A DNA stretch of 64,000 bases from Octopus vulgaris (lineage: Eukaryota): assembly GCA_951406725.2 (NCBI GenBank), contig OX597817.1, positions 29,946,001 to 30,010,000 of the forward strand. The letters are read 5' to 3'. This document shows positions 30,022-43,183 of this stretch, piece after piece (the first letter of the stretch is position 1; the number at the start of each line of letters is the position of its first letter). Made by a program: the position numbers and the translations under genes. The notes beneath the pieces are model-generated. The model saw only the letters and a program-made list of their open reading frames with translations, made no database searches and was not told the origin of the DNA.

Positions 30022-32725
30022 TTAGTATTGGCAACATGAATGACAATGGCCAGAGACTACTTGAATTTTGCACATACCATAACCTGTGCATCACCAACAC
30101 ATTCTTTCCCAACAAGACATCCCACAAGGCATCTTGGAGACATCCAAGATCTCACCACTGGCATCAGTTGGATCTCATCATTACACGAAGATCCTTTCTG
30201 AATTCTGTTCAACTGACCCGTAGCGCGGATTGTGACACAGATCATTCACTAATAAGAAGGGTGAGGATTCTGCCTAAAAAGTCTATCACTCCAAGAAAAT
30301 GAGCCAACCACGCATTAACACTGCCAGAACCTCGGACCCTACACTGCGACAATGTTTTACTGTTTCTATCAAGGTTGCCCTCAGTAGCTGCCCAACCTCC
30401 TCTGCTGAAAGTAGGTGGAATTATATCAAGGAAGCTTCGTATACCACATCAATAGATACTTTCGGAATGAGAGAAAGGTAAAACCCAGATTTTGTTCAGT
30501 GATGGGCTCTCAGAGCTGGAAACAGTTATCGAAGCAAAGCGTGCAGCTCTGATGCAATACAAGAGTGTTTCTTCAACAAAGTCACTCGAAGAACTCAGAA
30601 AGGCAAGAAATAAAACCCAACTCACTGCCAGACGCTGTGCAAATGGGTATTGACAGGAAATCTGTCAGAGTATCCAGTCAGCTGCTGACAGTGGCGACAC
30701 CCGTGGGATGTATGCCGGTTTGAAGAAGGCCCTTGGTCCATCCGCAACCACCTCAGCCCCTCTGAAATCAACTACTGGAGATCTCATCAAGGACCAAAGC
30801 AAGCAAATGGATACATGGATGGAGTACTACCAGGATCTCTACTCACGAGAGGTAGCTGAGGCAGCAATCGAGGGTGTCAAGATCTTGCCAGTCATGTGTG
30901 AACTTGACAGTCTGCCATCTATAGCAGAGCTCACCAAATCTATTGACTCCCTAGTAAGTAACAAGGCTCCGGGAAAAGACGGCATCCCCTTAGAGATCAT
31001 CAAAACCGGCAAAAACATCATCCTGCTTCGGCACATTCATGAGCTTCTGTGTCAGTGCTGGTTAGAGGGTACAGTCCCTCAGAATATGCGGGATGCTAAC
31101 ATCATTACGCTTTACAAAAATAAAAGTGACCGTGATGATTGTAACAATTACCGTGGAATATCTCTTCTAAGCACAGTTGGAAAGGCGTCTACTCGCATTA
31201 TCCTGTCCCGGCTGCAACTAATTGCTTCTCGAATTTATCCAGAATCGCGGTGTGGCTTTAGAAGAAGCAGATCAACTATTGACATGATATTCTCCATACG
31301 CCAACTTCAGAAGTCCAGAGAGCAGAACATGCCATTATATATGGCCTTCATTGATCTGACAAAGGGCTTTGACTTGGTAAGTAGAAAAGGCCTCTTCATC
31401 CTGCTCCAAAAAATCGGATGTTCACCAAAGCTGTTGAGGATCATCAAATCATTCCATGCTAATATGCAAGGCACCATACAGCACAATGGTTCAACATCAG
31501 CCGCCTTCCAAATAAAAAAATGGGGTAGATCAAGGTTGTGTCCTTGCTCCTACATTATTTGGCATCTTCTCGCTGCTGCTGTCACATGCCTTTGAGACAT
31601 CAGATGATGGAGTTTTTCTGCACAGTAGAAGTGATGGGAAACTGTTCAATCTCTCGCGTCTGCGTGCCAAGACCAAAATCTCAGAAGCGTCCTGATCAAG
31701 GAGATTCTATTTGCTGATGATGCCGCTCTGGTATCACACACAGAAGAAGCCCTACGAAGGCTCAGCAACTGTTTTGAGCAAGCATTTGGCAACTTTGGCT
31801 TAGTTATCAGCCTCAAGAAGACCAACATCATGGGTCAGGCTACATCGGACATCCCAAACATACATATTGGAGACCACAGAGTATAGGAGGTGGAGAAGTT
31901 TACCTATCTTGGCTCTACCGTCACCTACAACCTATCCCTTGATGCTGAGCTCAATATACGCATTGGCAAGGCAGCTGCTGTGATGGCCCAACTCACCAAA
32001 CGCGCATGGGACAACAATAAGCTGACCAAGACCACAAAAATGAAGATTTACCAGGCATGTGTACTTAGCACTCTACCGTATGACTTTGACGCCATACACA
32101 CGCCATACGACGCCATACGTCGCCTAAATATCTTTCACCTGCGCTGTCTCCGGAAAATCCATCGCATCAAATGGCAGAATCATGTCCCTAACAAAGATGT
32201 CCTCAAGCAAGCAGGAATACCAAGCATGTTTGCACTCTTCACACAAAGACGTATGAGATGGCTTGGACATGTTAGCCGTATGGAAGATGGCAGAATCCCC
32301 AAGGACATACTCAACGGAGAGCTTGCTAGGGGCACTAGGTCTGTGGGAAGACTGTTCTTACGATACAAGGATGTTTGCAAAAGGGACATGAATGCCTGCA
32401 ACATCAATATTACCAACTGGGAAGCAGTTGCCAGCAACCGTGGAGATTGGCGACGTACCGTAAAAGAGGGAACACAAAGGAGTGACATAGTGAGAAAGGA
32501 GAAATGGAAAGACAAGAAAATACGTCAACAAGAAACTATGACATTACAACCAGTCAGGCAAAGTCTTCGCTACATTTACGGCACCTGCCAGAGGGAGTGT
32601 TTGTCCCGGATAGGACTACACAGCCACAGCAAGAGATGTATTAGGACATGAAATGTAAAAGCCGGACTAGATTATTTTATGCGCAACTCCATTGTCTCCC
32701 GAGACAAAAAGGATGCCAACAACAA
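30022..32725 (+). mobile_element. 5'-truncated, frameshifted RTE (BovB-like) LINE
   Basis: IGNMNDNGQRLLEFC, SWRHPRSHHWHQLD, ADCDTDH, KAPGKDGIP, NYRGISLLS, FIDLTKGFD, ILFADDAAL (~31703-31730), FTYLGS, RWLGHVSRMEDGRIPK, a C-terminal C/H motif CQRECLSRIGLHSHSKRC, and a (caa)n tail. Confidence 0.93.
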
Positions 32726-32804
32726 TATATATGGATTTCGTAGACAGGAACTGTAACAAATAAATCGTATATATATGTATGTAGCTTTTTACATTCTGAG
32801 ATTT

Positions 32805-33033
32805 AATAATACATTTTAGAGAGTTACTTCCCTTATATAAACCGAGCGAAAATGCATTAAAAATGCGGAAAAAATTATGGTAATTTTTTTTTTAATCGTA
32901 AACTCATCGTAGACGTGCGCTAATACAACTATAAGATACCCGGCTTTGGTTAAACTGCACTGCAAAATGTGGGAGTAGTTAGGAATCTAAATCGTAGGAG
33001 ACAGATACACAACCTCTCTTTTATATATAAAGA
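32805..33033 (-). mobile_element. Partial non-autonomous Helitron-like element (5' part), same family as 34491-34888
   Basis: Aligns to ~34645-34885. The minus-strand 5' end reads tctttatatataaaa. Confidence 0.72.
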
Positions 33034-33089
33034 TAAACTCAAAGAGCAACTAGAAAGTGAAAGTAGTATCTAACTTAGGATGTCTCATA

Positions 33090-33482
33090 GATAGTGGTGG
33101 CAATGGTGTTGGAGGTGGTAGATGTGGTTATCATGGCAGCGGTGGTGGTGGTGGTGGTGGTGTAGTGGTGACAGTGGATGTGTATGATGGCAGCAATTAT
33201 AGTGTTGGTGTTTTTGTAGAGGTGGTGGTGGTGGCGGCGGCAGTGGATGATAATGATAATGATGATGATAGTAGTAGTAGCATTGATTATGTTAGGATGT
33301 CTCATGGATGGTAGTGTTGAAGACATTGCAGAGTGTAGTGGTGGTGAAATTGGTTATTTTGAATATGATGCTGGTATTGGTCTTGGGGTTGTGGTGGTGG
33401 CATTGGAGGTTGTAGTAATGGTTGTAGTGGTGGTTGTGAAGATGATTCTGATATTGATAGTCTTTGCATTGAGGTGGTGGCA
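33090..33482. repeat. Degenerate (GGT/GAT/GTA)n low-complexity tract
   Basis: Runs of ggtggt, gatgat and gtagta. The motif ttaggatgtctcat occurs twice (~33075, ~33292). Confidence 0.8.
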
Positions 33483-34226
33483 GAGTCAGAGTAAATAATA
33501 AGAGCCCAGTTAACACAAGATTCTTAAAGTTCGGAGATCATAAGATAGAGAGCAAGAAGTTAAAAGTTCCAATACTGGCCCAATACCTACACCCCAGATT
33601 CTTCAACTATTTTATAAGAAAGGGGTTAATGGCAGGATAGGGATTCAGCTTTAAAATAAATTGTATAACAAAAAATACATAAATAAATTACTGCTCCAAC
33701 GATGTAATTTTAGTATGTGTGTATGTATGTGTGTGTGTGTGTAAGCAATGCAAACAATGGAAAATAATTTAAACACTCATTTTCTAATGTCTAAGGATGG
33801 ATATTTATGCGTATGAATATTTTTCTTTTTATTTTCTTTCAAATATAATTCTAGGGAATTGAAAAAGCTGTGTACGATGTCAAGCGAATTTAGCTATTTA
33901 CGATGAGCGGATGTTTACGTTACAAACGAATCTGTAGGCCTGTTTACATGTTTACGTTAACTACGTCACAAAATAGCTGTTTACGTCACAGTAACAATAT
34001 TTTGAGAGGCAGTAAATAATATGAGGCCGAAAGAAAGAATATCATTGGTTAAAATTCGAATTATTAAACAACGTTAAACTTAGAAATTACAATTCCGTTT
34101 TCATTTTGGTTTACAATTATGTTTTCTTTTGACACATTCTACCAGTATACGAAGTTTCAAATTGTTTAGTTAACAAGGAAAATCTGGCCTTCAAACTGAA
34201 AAGATCCGCGACCTTTTCCTTTTGAT

Positions 34227-35635
34227 GGGCAATTCAATTAATTAATTTTCTTTAACTAAACACTTTGAAACTTCGTATACTGGTAGAATGTGTCATATAG
34301 AACATCTTTTACTCTTAGCATTGTTGAGAAAAGTTTCTACTTTCGAAGTTGTTTCGTGTTAAATTTGTCGTATTATGGTAATTTCAACCAATTAATGATG
34401 TGTATTCAGCTGAATCAAATTACTGCTGTTGTTTGTCAACAACAACTTCCGGCGGTGTATATTTCGTTTGTCACTGTTATTTATGAAATACTAGCAGTAT
34501 ATCCCGGCGTTGCTCGGGTTTGTAAGGGAAATAACTATATAACCATTTTTAGAGAGTTATAGCCTAAAAGATAGCAAAATAATGCATTAAAAATGGAAAA
34601 AGAATTATGGTAAATTTTTTTAAAAATCGTTGACTCATCGTAGACATTTTTAGAGAGTTACTTCCCTTATATAATAGCGAAAAAATGCATTAAAATGGAA
34701 AAAAATGATGGTAATTCTTTTTTAAATCGTAGACTCATCGTAGACGCGCGCTAATACCCAGAAGGGCTCGATATGAATCACGACTATAAGATACCCAGTT
34801 TTGGTTAAACTGCACCGCAAAATGTGGGAGTAGTTAGGAATCTAAATCGTAGGAGACAGACACACAACTTCACTTTTATATATAAATATTTCATCTGTTA
34901 CGTTCGTGTGAATAAACGAATGTATCTGAAGCACGTTTACTTCATATCACCACCATAATCGTTCGTGCATTTCTATTTTAGGTTTTTTCCTGTTTTTCAG
35001 CTACTATTTTCAGAAAGAATTCCTCTCGTCCCCCTATTTTACTCGCAAGTTATTGTTTTTTTTTTATTTTGTTGCCAAAAACTCAGCTTTTTAGATTCGG
35101 AGATTCCGGAAAAAATTGCCAAAAATCGGAATTTTGAAATTCTTTGCTACCCCTCTTACCTCTACCCCTCCAATTCAATTCCCCCCATCCTTTTTCCCTT
35201 TTTTCGTAACCCTAACGCTAAAACCCCAACTTTATACCTAACTCTAATCCTGAAACCCCAACCCTAACCCTAACTGTAGCACTAAAACCCTAACCCTAAC
35301 GCTAAAATCCTAACCCTAAGTAGAAAAAGTGTTGCAAATTTTTTTAAAGCTAAAACCAGTACAAACGCATGAACGATGTCATAAATAACAGTGACAAACG
35401 AAATATGCCCCGCTGGTAGTTGTTGATAAACAACAGCAGTAATTTTATTCAGCTGAATACACGTCATTGATTGGTTGAAATTATCTAAATACGACAAATT
35501 TAACACGAAAATACTTCGAAAATAGAAACTTTTCTCAACAACGCTAAGAGTAAAAGATGTTCTATATGACATATTCTACCAGTATCCGAAGTTTCAAAGT
35601 GTTTAGTTAAAGAAAATTAATTAATTGAGCTGCCC
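34227..35635. mobile_element. Foldback/MITE-like DNA element with ~260-bp terminal inverted repeats, an internal (TAACCC)-like tract and a nested Helitron
   Basis: 34227-34487 is the reverse complement of ~35380-35635 (gggca.tcaattaattaattttctttaactaaacactttgaaacttcg...). The ORF track shows near-identical peptides MSYRTSFTLS on opposite strands. Confidence 0.88.
34491..34888 (-). mobile_element. Non-autonomous Helitron-like element
   Basis: The minus-strand 3' end is cccgagcaacgccggg (hairpin)-atatactg-CTAG followed by T. The 5' end is t.tttatatataaaa. There is an internal ~100-bp tandem duplication. Confidence 0.8.
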
Positions 35636-35705
35636 AGTTGGGAAACGTTTGTTAAATATGGGTAATAATTTTCTTGCAATCCTTGTTAGTATATATTTGC
35701 TATAT

Positions 35706-36120
35706 GGGTCTAGGAGTGGCTGTGTGGTAAGTAGCTTGCTTACCAACCACATGGTTCTGGGTTCAGCCCCACTGTGTGGCACCTTAGGCAAGTGTCATCT
35801 ACTATAGCCTCGGGCCGACCAAAGCCTTGTGAGTGGATTTGGTAGACGGAAACTGAAAGAAGCCCGTCGTATATATACATATATATATGTATGTATGTGT
35901 GTGTGTGTGTGTGTGTGTGTTTGTGTGTCTGCGTTTTCCCCTCACCATTGCTTGACAACCGATGCTGGTGTGTTTACGTCCCCGTAACTTAGCGGTTCGG
36001 AAAAAATTCCGATAGAATAAGTACTAGGCTTACAAAGAATAAGTCCTGGGGTCGATTTGGTCGACTAAAAGCGGTGCTCCAGCATGGCTACAGTCAAATG
36101 ACTGCAACAAATAAAAGAGT
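35706..36120 (+). mobile_element. tRNA-derived SINE, family A, full length
   Basis: Head aggagtggctgtgtggtaagtagcttgc...gggttcagccccactg, an internal (TA)/(TG) tract, and tail gcggtgctccagcatggctacagtcaaatgactg. Confidence 0.92.
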
Positions 36121-36190
36121 ATATGTTTGATAAGATCAGTTTATATCTGTTTTTTTAAAATTATTTTAGGCGTCGGTGTATATCGTATGT

Positions 36191-36510
36191 GAAGACGCGT
36201 GACTTAGTGGTTAGAGTATTCGACTCACGATCGAAAGGAAATGTGTTCGATTCCGGGCGGCGTGCTGTGTCCTTGAGCAAAACACTTTATTTCTACTCCG
36301 GTCCACTCAACTGGCAAAAATGAGCTGTATATGTAATTCAAAGGGCCGACAATGACCCATTCTATGTCATGCAAAATTTCCCTAAGAACTTATATTAAGA
36401 ATACGCGTGTCTGTAGAGTGCCTAGCCACTTGCACTTTAATTTCAGGAGCAGCTTTTTCCGTTGATCGAATCGACTGGAGAACTTATTGTCATAACCAAC
36501 GGCATGCTAT
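36191..36510 (+). mobile_element. Diverged tRNA-derived SINE related to family B
   Basis: gaagacgcgtgacttagtggttagagtattcgactcacgatc...gttcgattcc. The 3' half aligns to 48000-48170. Confidence 0.78.
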
Positions 36511-37316
36511 TTATACGGTGTTGCTTGGGTAGGATTCTAAATTTTCATTGTATTTGCTATTCTTTGGTCATTTCTGCTGTCTGGACGAAAATATATTTAT
36601 CGTCAAATCTATTTAATATTCTTTTTCTTAAGATAACAACCAATATTTTCAAGATATTCGGTGGATGATTAGAGGAGTCTTGACACATATATTATCAGCT
36701 TGGTTGGTTAAAATAGCACTGATATTAATTGTTATCTTTTTCTCATACTTTCACGTTATAGCAATATCACTTTCTGCCTTTAGCAATATATTCTGTGTTA
36801 ACCCGAATTTCATATCTTTTCGCCGATTGTTTTGACAACAACAAATACTTCCTGATGCCATAATGTTTCAGAAATTTTCTGCTGTATGACTTCTAGTAAG
36901 ACGCTTACAAAATGGCAATGTGAACATTCTCCCCAAACAATCTCATCTCGGCTGTATCCCACTTGCTCAGGTTCAGTTCTTGGCACCGGACTTGCTCTAA
37001 ATATATTTGTGTCTCCGTCACTACGATTATCTTTTTACTTATACTAATGTATCTCAACAAAATATTAAGTACATATAATGTATGTCAATTCTCATTCTTA
37101 GAAACACAAATTGCTACATTAAACGTCCGATGAAATCTTGTTAACATCCCTATCCATTCAAGTATATGTGCAACGTATGCAAACAAAAGCAAAGAACACT
37201 CAACACAAGATATGGTGTTTAAATATTAATATTATCAGTTTGACTCAGAAATGTATTACTTGAAGTTCCTCACTTGAATGAAGGAGATGCATTTGATCAT
37301 TACAATATTTAATGCT

Positions 37317-37900
37317 GTCGTTTCTCTTTACGTTCTGAGTTCAAATTCCGCCGAGGTCGAATTTGCCTTTCATCCTTTCGGGGTCGATAAATTAAATACC
37401 AGTTGCGTACTGTGGTCGATTTAATCTACTGGTCCCCTTCCACGAAATTTAGGACTTTGTGCCTCGAGTAGAAAAGAATATTTAATTCTGAAAGGCGGTG
37501 AGCTGGCAGAAACGTTAGCACGCCGGGCGAAATGCGTAGCCGTATTTCGTCTGCCGTTACTTTCTGATTTCAAATTCCGCCGAGGTCAACTTTTCCTTTC
37601 ATCTTTTCGGGGTCAATAAATTAGATACCAGTTACGCACTGGGGTCGATGTAATCGACTTCATCCGTTTGTCGTTCCTTGTTTGTCCCCACTGTGTTTGG
37701 CCCCTTGTGGGTAGTAAAGAAATAGGTATTTCGTTTGTCTTTACGTTCTGAATTCAAATTACGCCGAGGTTGACTTTGCCTTTCATTCTTTTGGGGTCGA
37801 TAAATTAAGTACCAGTTGCATATTGAGATCGATCTAATCGACTGGCCATCTCCCCCAAAATTTCGGGCCTTCTGCCTAGAGTAGTAAACAATATATAATT
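37317..37900 (+). mobile_element. Cluster of family-C SINE units (one partial plus one dimeric copy)
   Basis: Three occurrences of ttctgagttcaaattccgccgaggtcgactttgcctttcatcctttcggggtcgataaattaag. The head aaggcggtgagctggcagaaacgttagcacgccgggcg is at ~37492. Confidence 0.88.
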
Positions 37901-38224
37901 CTGAGACTTGAGACAGTCATAACTTCCAAATAAGGTGGGCTGTACTAGTTGTTTTAGATCCTTAATTGTACTAGTAGTTTTAGATTTTAACTTTGAACTT
38001 ATTTGTGTTACCCATACATAATTTACTGGACATACATAATTTCGAGCGTTGTGCCTAGAGTAGTAAAGAATATTCAATTCTGAGACTTGAGACAGTCATA
38101 ACATATAGATAAAACTGTTCCCTCTAAGTGTTACCCAGTACGCAACTAGTACTTTATTTATCGACCCCAAAAGAATGAAAGGCAAAGTAGTAAAGACCCG
38201 GAACTTATTGCTCTTCAATTACTA

Positions 38225-38410
38225 TCGCAAACAGCCGTAGCTTTCTTCGGCTGAATACATGTTGATTAGTTAAAATTACCCAAATACGACAACTTTAACA
38301 CGAAATAACTTCTAAAATACGAAATTTTGTCAAAAAATGTTGAAAGTAAACCGTGTTTAGCGTGAGAAATTACACTAGTATAGGAAGTTTCAAACTGTTT
38401 AGTTAAAAAA
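38225..38410. mobile_element. Diverged fragment of the long-TIR family seen at 34227-35635 (another piece at ~34128-34185)
   Basis: gctgaatac...aaatacgacaactttaacacgaaa...gaagtttcaaactgtttagttaaa aligns to 35450-35615. Confidence 0.7.
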
Positions 38411-38747
38411 AGAAAGAAGAATTTAAAAATCTGAGAGTGAAATTGAAGAGATTCGATTTCAAAATTGTATGTAAAATCGAAGAAAATATTAAGCCAAAAT
38501 TAACTTAAGTTAGAAGGAAAACATATATACCCATATTAAATTAATTACTTGTAAAATAAATTTAATTAAAATAATTATAAGTTTGTTATAATAAAATACG
38601 CATTTACAGAGATCTATCAGCATAAAAATAGACACATGCTCATATGTAAACATACAACAAACATTCGCTCTTACATACAAACACAAAAATACATACATAT
38701 AAAAGTACCTGTATGTGTATATACATATAAATGTATGTGTGTACGTG

Positions 38748-38832
<85 letters not shown>

Positions 38833-39687
38833 ATGTATATTTATATGTATATATATATAACCAGCTGAAATTGCAAAGATAATCTGGAACTCGACTGAGG
38901 ATAGAAAACTCCGAATGATTCGTCCTTGCTTTCTTTGTATCATCTGTCTGGATGTTTCGTTGTCCCTTTTTTATATCACTTGTGTGGATGTTTTGCGTTC
39001 GTGTCCCAGTTTTGTATCATATATATATATCGTACATAGCTCGGGCACACAAGGACAAAAAGCTATATAAGATGAATGATAAAAGAAGACTATTAAAAGA
39101 AGACTATTATATGATAGAATATATGCCATTCTCCGGATTTTAAGTGTAATCTCGATCTTTATCCTAATATGGATAATTCATTTCACTTAACCAGTTAAGC
39201 ACAAATCTCTTGAGTTTTCGGAGGAGTTAAAACCTTGGATTATAAATACTGTATCCGTTTGCGATAGTACAAGAAAGCATCATTGTAACTAAAAGAACGT
39301 AATATGTATATAATAAAGAACAATCGATGACTAACCGATAATATTTCTTTGTAATGAACGCATAATACATAAGTATATGGCGTTTGATGTTAGTCAAAGA
39401 CAATCATTTGTATCGGTTAGGGTATTTAATGGTGTTTGAAGCTTTTTAATTGACAATGTGGTCGGTGGCGTATGTGGTCAGATAACTTACGTGGGTTGAG
39501 GTTTTGAAGATGAATATATTAACTGAAATCAGCAAATAGTTTTCCTTCGGGGTTAGCCACTTGCCTAATAATGCTGTCTTCCTGTCTGTTTGACTGGCAT
39601 CATTTTAGACCAGTAGTTCTCTACCGGATCCCATATGAGTCTTAGGAGTCCATAAAAGATATTGTTAAAATTTATTTGAAATAAATT

Positions 39688-40095
39688 GGCGCAGGAGTGG
39701 CTGTGTGGTAAGTAGCTTGTTTACCAACCACATGGTTCCGGGTTCAGTCCCACTGCGTGACACCTTGGGCAAATGTCTTCTACTATAGCCTCGGGCCGAC
39801 CAAAGCCTTGTGAGTGGATTTGGTAGACGGAAACTGAAAGAAGCCCGTCGTGTATATGTATATGTGTGTGTGTGTGTTTGTGTGTCTGTGTTTGTCCCCA
39901 TAGCATTGCTTGACAACCGATGCTGGTGTGTTTATGTCCCCGTTACCTAGCAGTTCGGCAAAAGTGACCGATAGAATAAGTACTGGGCTCACAAAAAGAA
40001 TAAGTCCCGGGGTCGAGTTGCTCGATTAAAGGCGGTGCTCCAGCATGGCCGCAGTCAAATGACTGAAACAACTAAAAGAGTAAAGAGTAAAGAGT
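39688..40095 (+). mobile_element. tRNA-derived SINE, family A, full length, (AAAGAGT)n tail
   Basis: ggcgcaggagtggctgtgtggtaag...ggttccgggttcagtccc...ggcggtgctccagcatggccgcagtcaaatgactgaaac. Confidence 0.93.
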
Positions 40096-40611
40096 GTACT
40101 TCTACAATACACAAAATATTTGAATAATTATTTTTATACAATTGCTAATAATATTTAATTGTAAAAATATAATAGGAGTTTTTGAATATCGTATGGCTGC
40201 AAAGGTCCATCCTAGTAAAACAGCAGTCAAAGAAGTTAAATAGGTAAAAAAAACATTGCTGAGAAACACTCCTTTTGATCAATCACGTAGAGGGCTTGTT
40301 GTCATTGGCGTTCGTTCTTTTTGACAATTATCAGCACGCAGTTTAGTTTGAACTTAATCACATGGTTAGTAGCGTTGTCGATGAATCTGCATCATTTTGC
40401 ACACAGCTTTAGAAATAAATTGATGTGGCAATGAAATTTTTTTGCAGAGCTATTAGTAAAATTTTCCCCAATATATTGGAATTAGTTCCATGATTTGAAA
40501 AGCCCCAAAACACGGCCGGCGGATAGACCTAATCTATTAATGCTAATTTTTAGGAGCCATTTGACATGCGCAGATTCAGAAGTATTTATCTCTACTGTCA
40601 ACCTCATCTAC

Positions 40612-40796
40612 CTGGGCGAAATGCGTAGCCATATTTCGTCTGCCGTTACGTTCTGAGTTCAAATTCCGCCGAGGTCGACTTTGCCTTTCATCCTTTCGGG
40701 GTCGCTAAATTAAGTACCAGTTACGCACTGGGGTCGATGTAATAGACTTAATCCGTTTGTCTGTCCTTGTTTGTCCCCTCTGTGGGTAGTAAAGAA

Positions 40797-40797
<1 letters not shown>
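40612..40797 (+). mobile_element. Family-C SINE, 5'-truncated, running into (TCTA)n
   Basis: gggcgaaatgcgtagcc...gtgggtagtaaagaaat. Confidence 0.88.
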
Positions 40798-40856
<59 letters not shown>

Positions 40857-40909
40857 CTCTGTATGTCTGGCCGTCCGTCCGTCTCTCTGTCTGTTTGTGT
40901 GCCTATCTA

Positions 40910-40998
<89 letters not shown>

Positions 40999-41048
40999 TT
41001 GTTTGTCTGCCTATCTGTCTGTCTGCCTGTTGGATCATCTATCTATCT
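40797..41048. repeat. (TCTA)n/(TCTG)n microsatellite
   Basis: Read directly. Confidence 0.95.
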
Positions 41049-41433
41049 TCTCTAGAGGCTCCCATTTTTTTGACAAAGCCGTTGGGAAGGCAGCTCTTAA
41101 AGGAAAAAGATACTCTGACATCAAACTTGCAGTTAAAATAGCATCAGTTATCTTGCAATGCTTGTCACTGGAACCAATTATGGCCACCGAGAGAGTGGCA
41201 AAAGTGTTCCATCAGTTTTTGCCATTTCAAACCCAATGACGTACCGATGTCTTACAATCATTTTGTTCATTAAGGTTTTCAAGTGAAAGAACATTAGGAT
41301 GAGTATTTTCTTAAACTTTCATTTCATATTTCAAAAAATATTCAGACAAGCTCGGCTTACCAGCTGATGAGCGAAAACGAGCAACTATGAGTACTGGAAA
41401 TCAGAGCCCTTCAGTTATAGTGGGGGAGGGGGA

Positions 41434-41613
41434 GGCGCAGGCGTGGCTGTATGGTTGGAAAGCTTGCTTTCCTAACCATACAGCCTTGGGTTCAGTCTCA
41501 CTGCGTGGTACCTTGGGCAGGTGTCTTCTTCTATAGCTGTCGACCAACGAAAGCCTTGTGAGTGGATTTGGTAGATGGAAACTGAACCAAGTTCGTAATG
41601 TGTGTGCATGTGT

Positions 41614-41649
<36 letters not shown>

Positions 41650-41660
41650 TTGCGTGTTTG
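41434..41660 (+). mobile_element. Family-A SINE, 5' half ending in the (TG)n tract
   Basis: ggcgcaggcgtggctgtatggttggaaagcttgc...aaagccttgtgagtggatttggtagatggaaactgaa. Confidence 0.85.
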
Positions 41661-42693
41661 TGAAATTGTTTTGTATATGGTCATAAAATTTTGGTTGTAG
41701 AATTAGCTTTTTTGTAGCATATAGCAAGTATGTTTGCTTAAAATAATGATATGATGTTTAATTTTAGTTACTTCTCTGCAGCACTGATGAGGTCTTATAT
41801 AACGGAAACATTCCAGAAATCTCTTCTTTGTTTAGAAGTTACTAAAATATATATTAGTCAATTACTTTATGCCTTTCATTCACCAGATAGTTATTTTTAA
41901 TGAGATTGCAGAAGCTCACTACATTAAATGTGTTAACACCAACATATCTAAAACATTAAAAATGTGTAGTTATTGAAATTAGCACTTTTTGTTAAAGAAA
42001 ATAGGTAAAATACATAATATTGTCTAGCAAGCCATGGAATCAAAAAGTAAATACATAGAATAGAAAGCATATGGGATGGGAAATGCTTGGAGGACTGTCG
42101 ACTTCCAAGCTAGTGGTTTGCTTTAAATGGACAATTATGACTGCCATGTTTTAAAGTAGTATTTACTTCTTCATTGGTTTTCAATTCTGATGCCAGAGGA
42201 TATTTTTCTTTTACTGATGGTGAACTGGAACATTTAATCCTGAGATTAATTAAATTCTGCACCAGATATGGCCTCTACAATAAAATAACAAATAAATCTT
42301 TGAACTAGTTTTGATACCTGTTCGGAGTCGTTTCTTTTTGATTACAATTTTGTTGCCTCAAGGGAAGGTAGAAATTAATATATATATATATATATCGTCT
42401 TCAATAAATCTGAGAGCTTGCATATTTTGTAACAATTTATTAATTAATAGTAATATTGATTTCGCAATGATAAAGCTACTTTAAATGCACTTGTCTTCCC
42501 ACAAATAAGATCAAAGTTAAAATCTAAAACTACTAGTACAATTAGGGATCTAAAACTAGTACGGTCCTGAACATTCAGATACAGGTCCATCCAGTTTCAG
42601 GAGGAATACAGACGCTCAGACCACACACGCGCATACACTCACAAATATTTACATACATACATATATAAGCACTTATGCTTGCATACATGCATA

Positions 42694-42727
<34 letters not shown>

Positions 42728-42992
42728 TGCACATATATATATTTGCTTTTTGTTAAATCATTTCTATTCACAATAACTGAAGTATCTCAAAACTTTCAGC
42801 AGAGTACTATATTTACTTTTACAAGGAAAGGTTGAAAATAACTTTAAAGGTGGCTCTCCGTCATCGAACAGCTCGATGACGAAAGGGAAAATTTGTAAGT
42901 CACTAGTAAACATTTCCAAACTAAAGTGGACACCAAGCAATAACTCTATGTTTATATATATAGATGTTTATATATATATATATATATATATA

Positions 42993-43170
42993 TAGGGAAA
43001 ATTCACAAAAAAGACGATGGCAGGTGGCGTAGACAACAAACAGATGTATTAGTTTAACGCTGGGGAAGTGAAAAAGTCTTTAACGTTTCGAGCCTACGCT
43101 CTTCCACAGAAAGGAACACAGAAAGAAAGAGGGAAAGAAAATAAAGTGTAGTGACTAGCGATATAAATGC
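42993..43170 (-). mobile_element. Penelope-like pLTR fragment abutting (TA)n, carrying a variant minimal hammerhead motif (43078-43113)
   Basis: The minus strand reads cttt-CTGTGGA-a-gagc-gtag-gctc-GAAAC-GTT-aaag. It lies next to a GIY-YIG remnant. Confidence 0.7.
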
Positions 43171-43183
43171 ATACATACACATT

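Noticed and set aside
33057-33516. Gly/Val/Asp-rich and His/Thr-rich ORFs
   Set aside because: Trinucleotide low-complexity sequence, open on both strands, with no supported exon structure.
35208-35320. True telomere
   Set aside because: Short, degenerate and internal to a TIR-bounded element.
37857-38102. ~65-bp local duplication of a SINE tail plus flank; also a ~34-bp tandem duplication near 51015-51075
   Set aside because: Small local duplications of the kind expected in repeat-rich DNA, with no further structure.
41784-41820. CTGATGA...GAAAC hammerhead-like word (similar at ~41364, ~44848, ~38895)
   Set aside because: Stems I-III cannot be paired convincingly; at best these are decayed relics.
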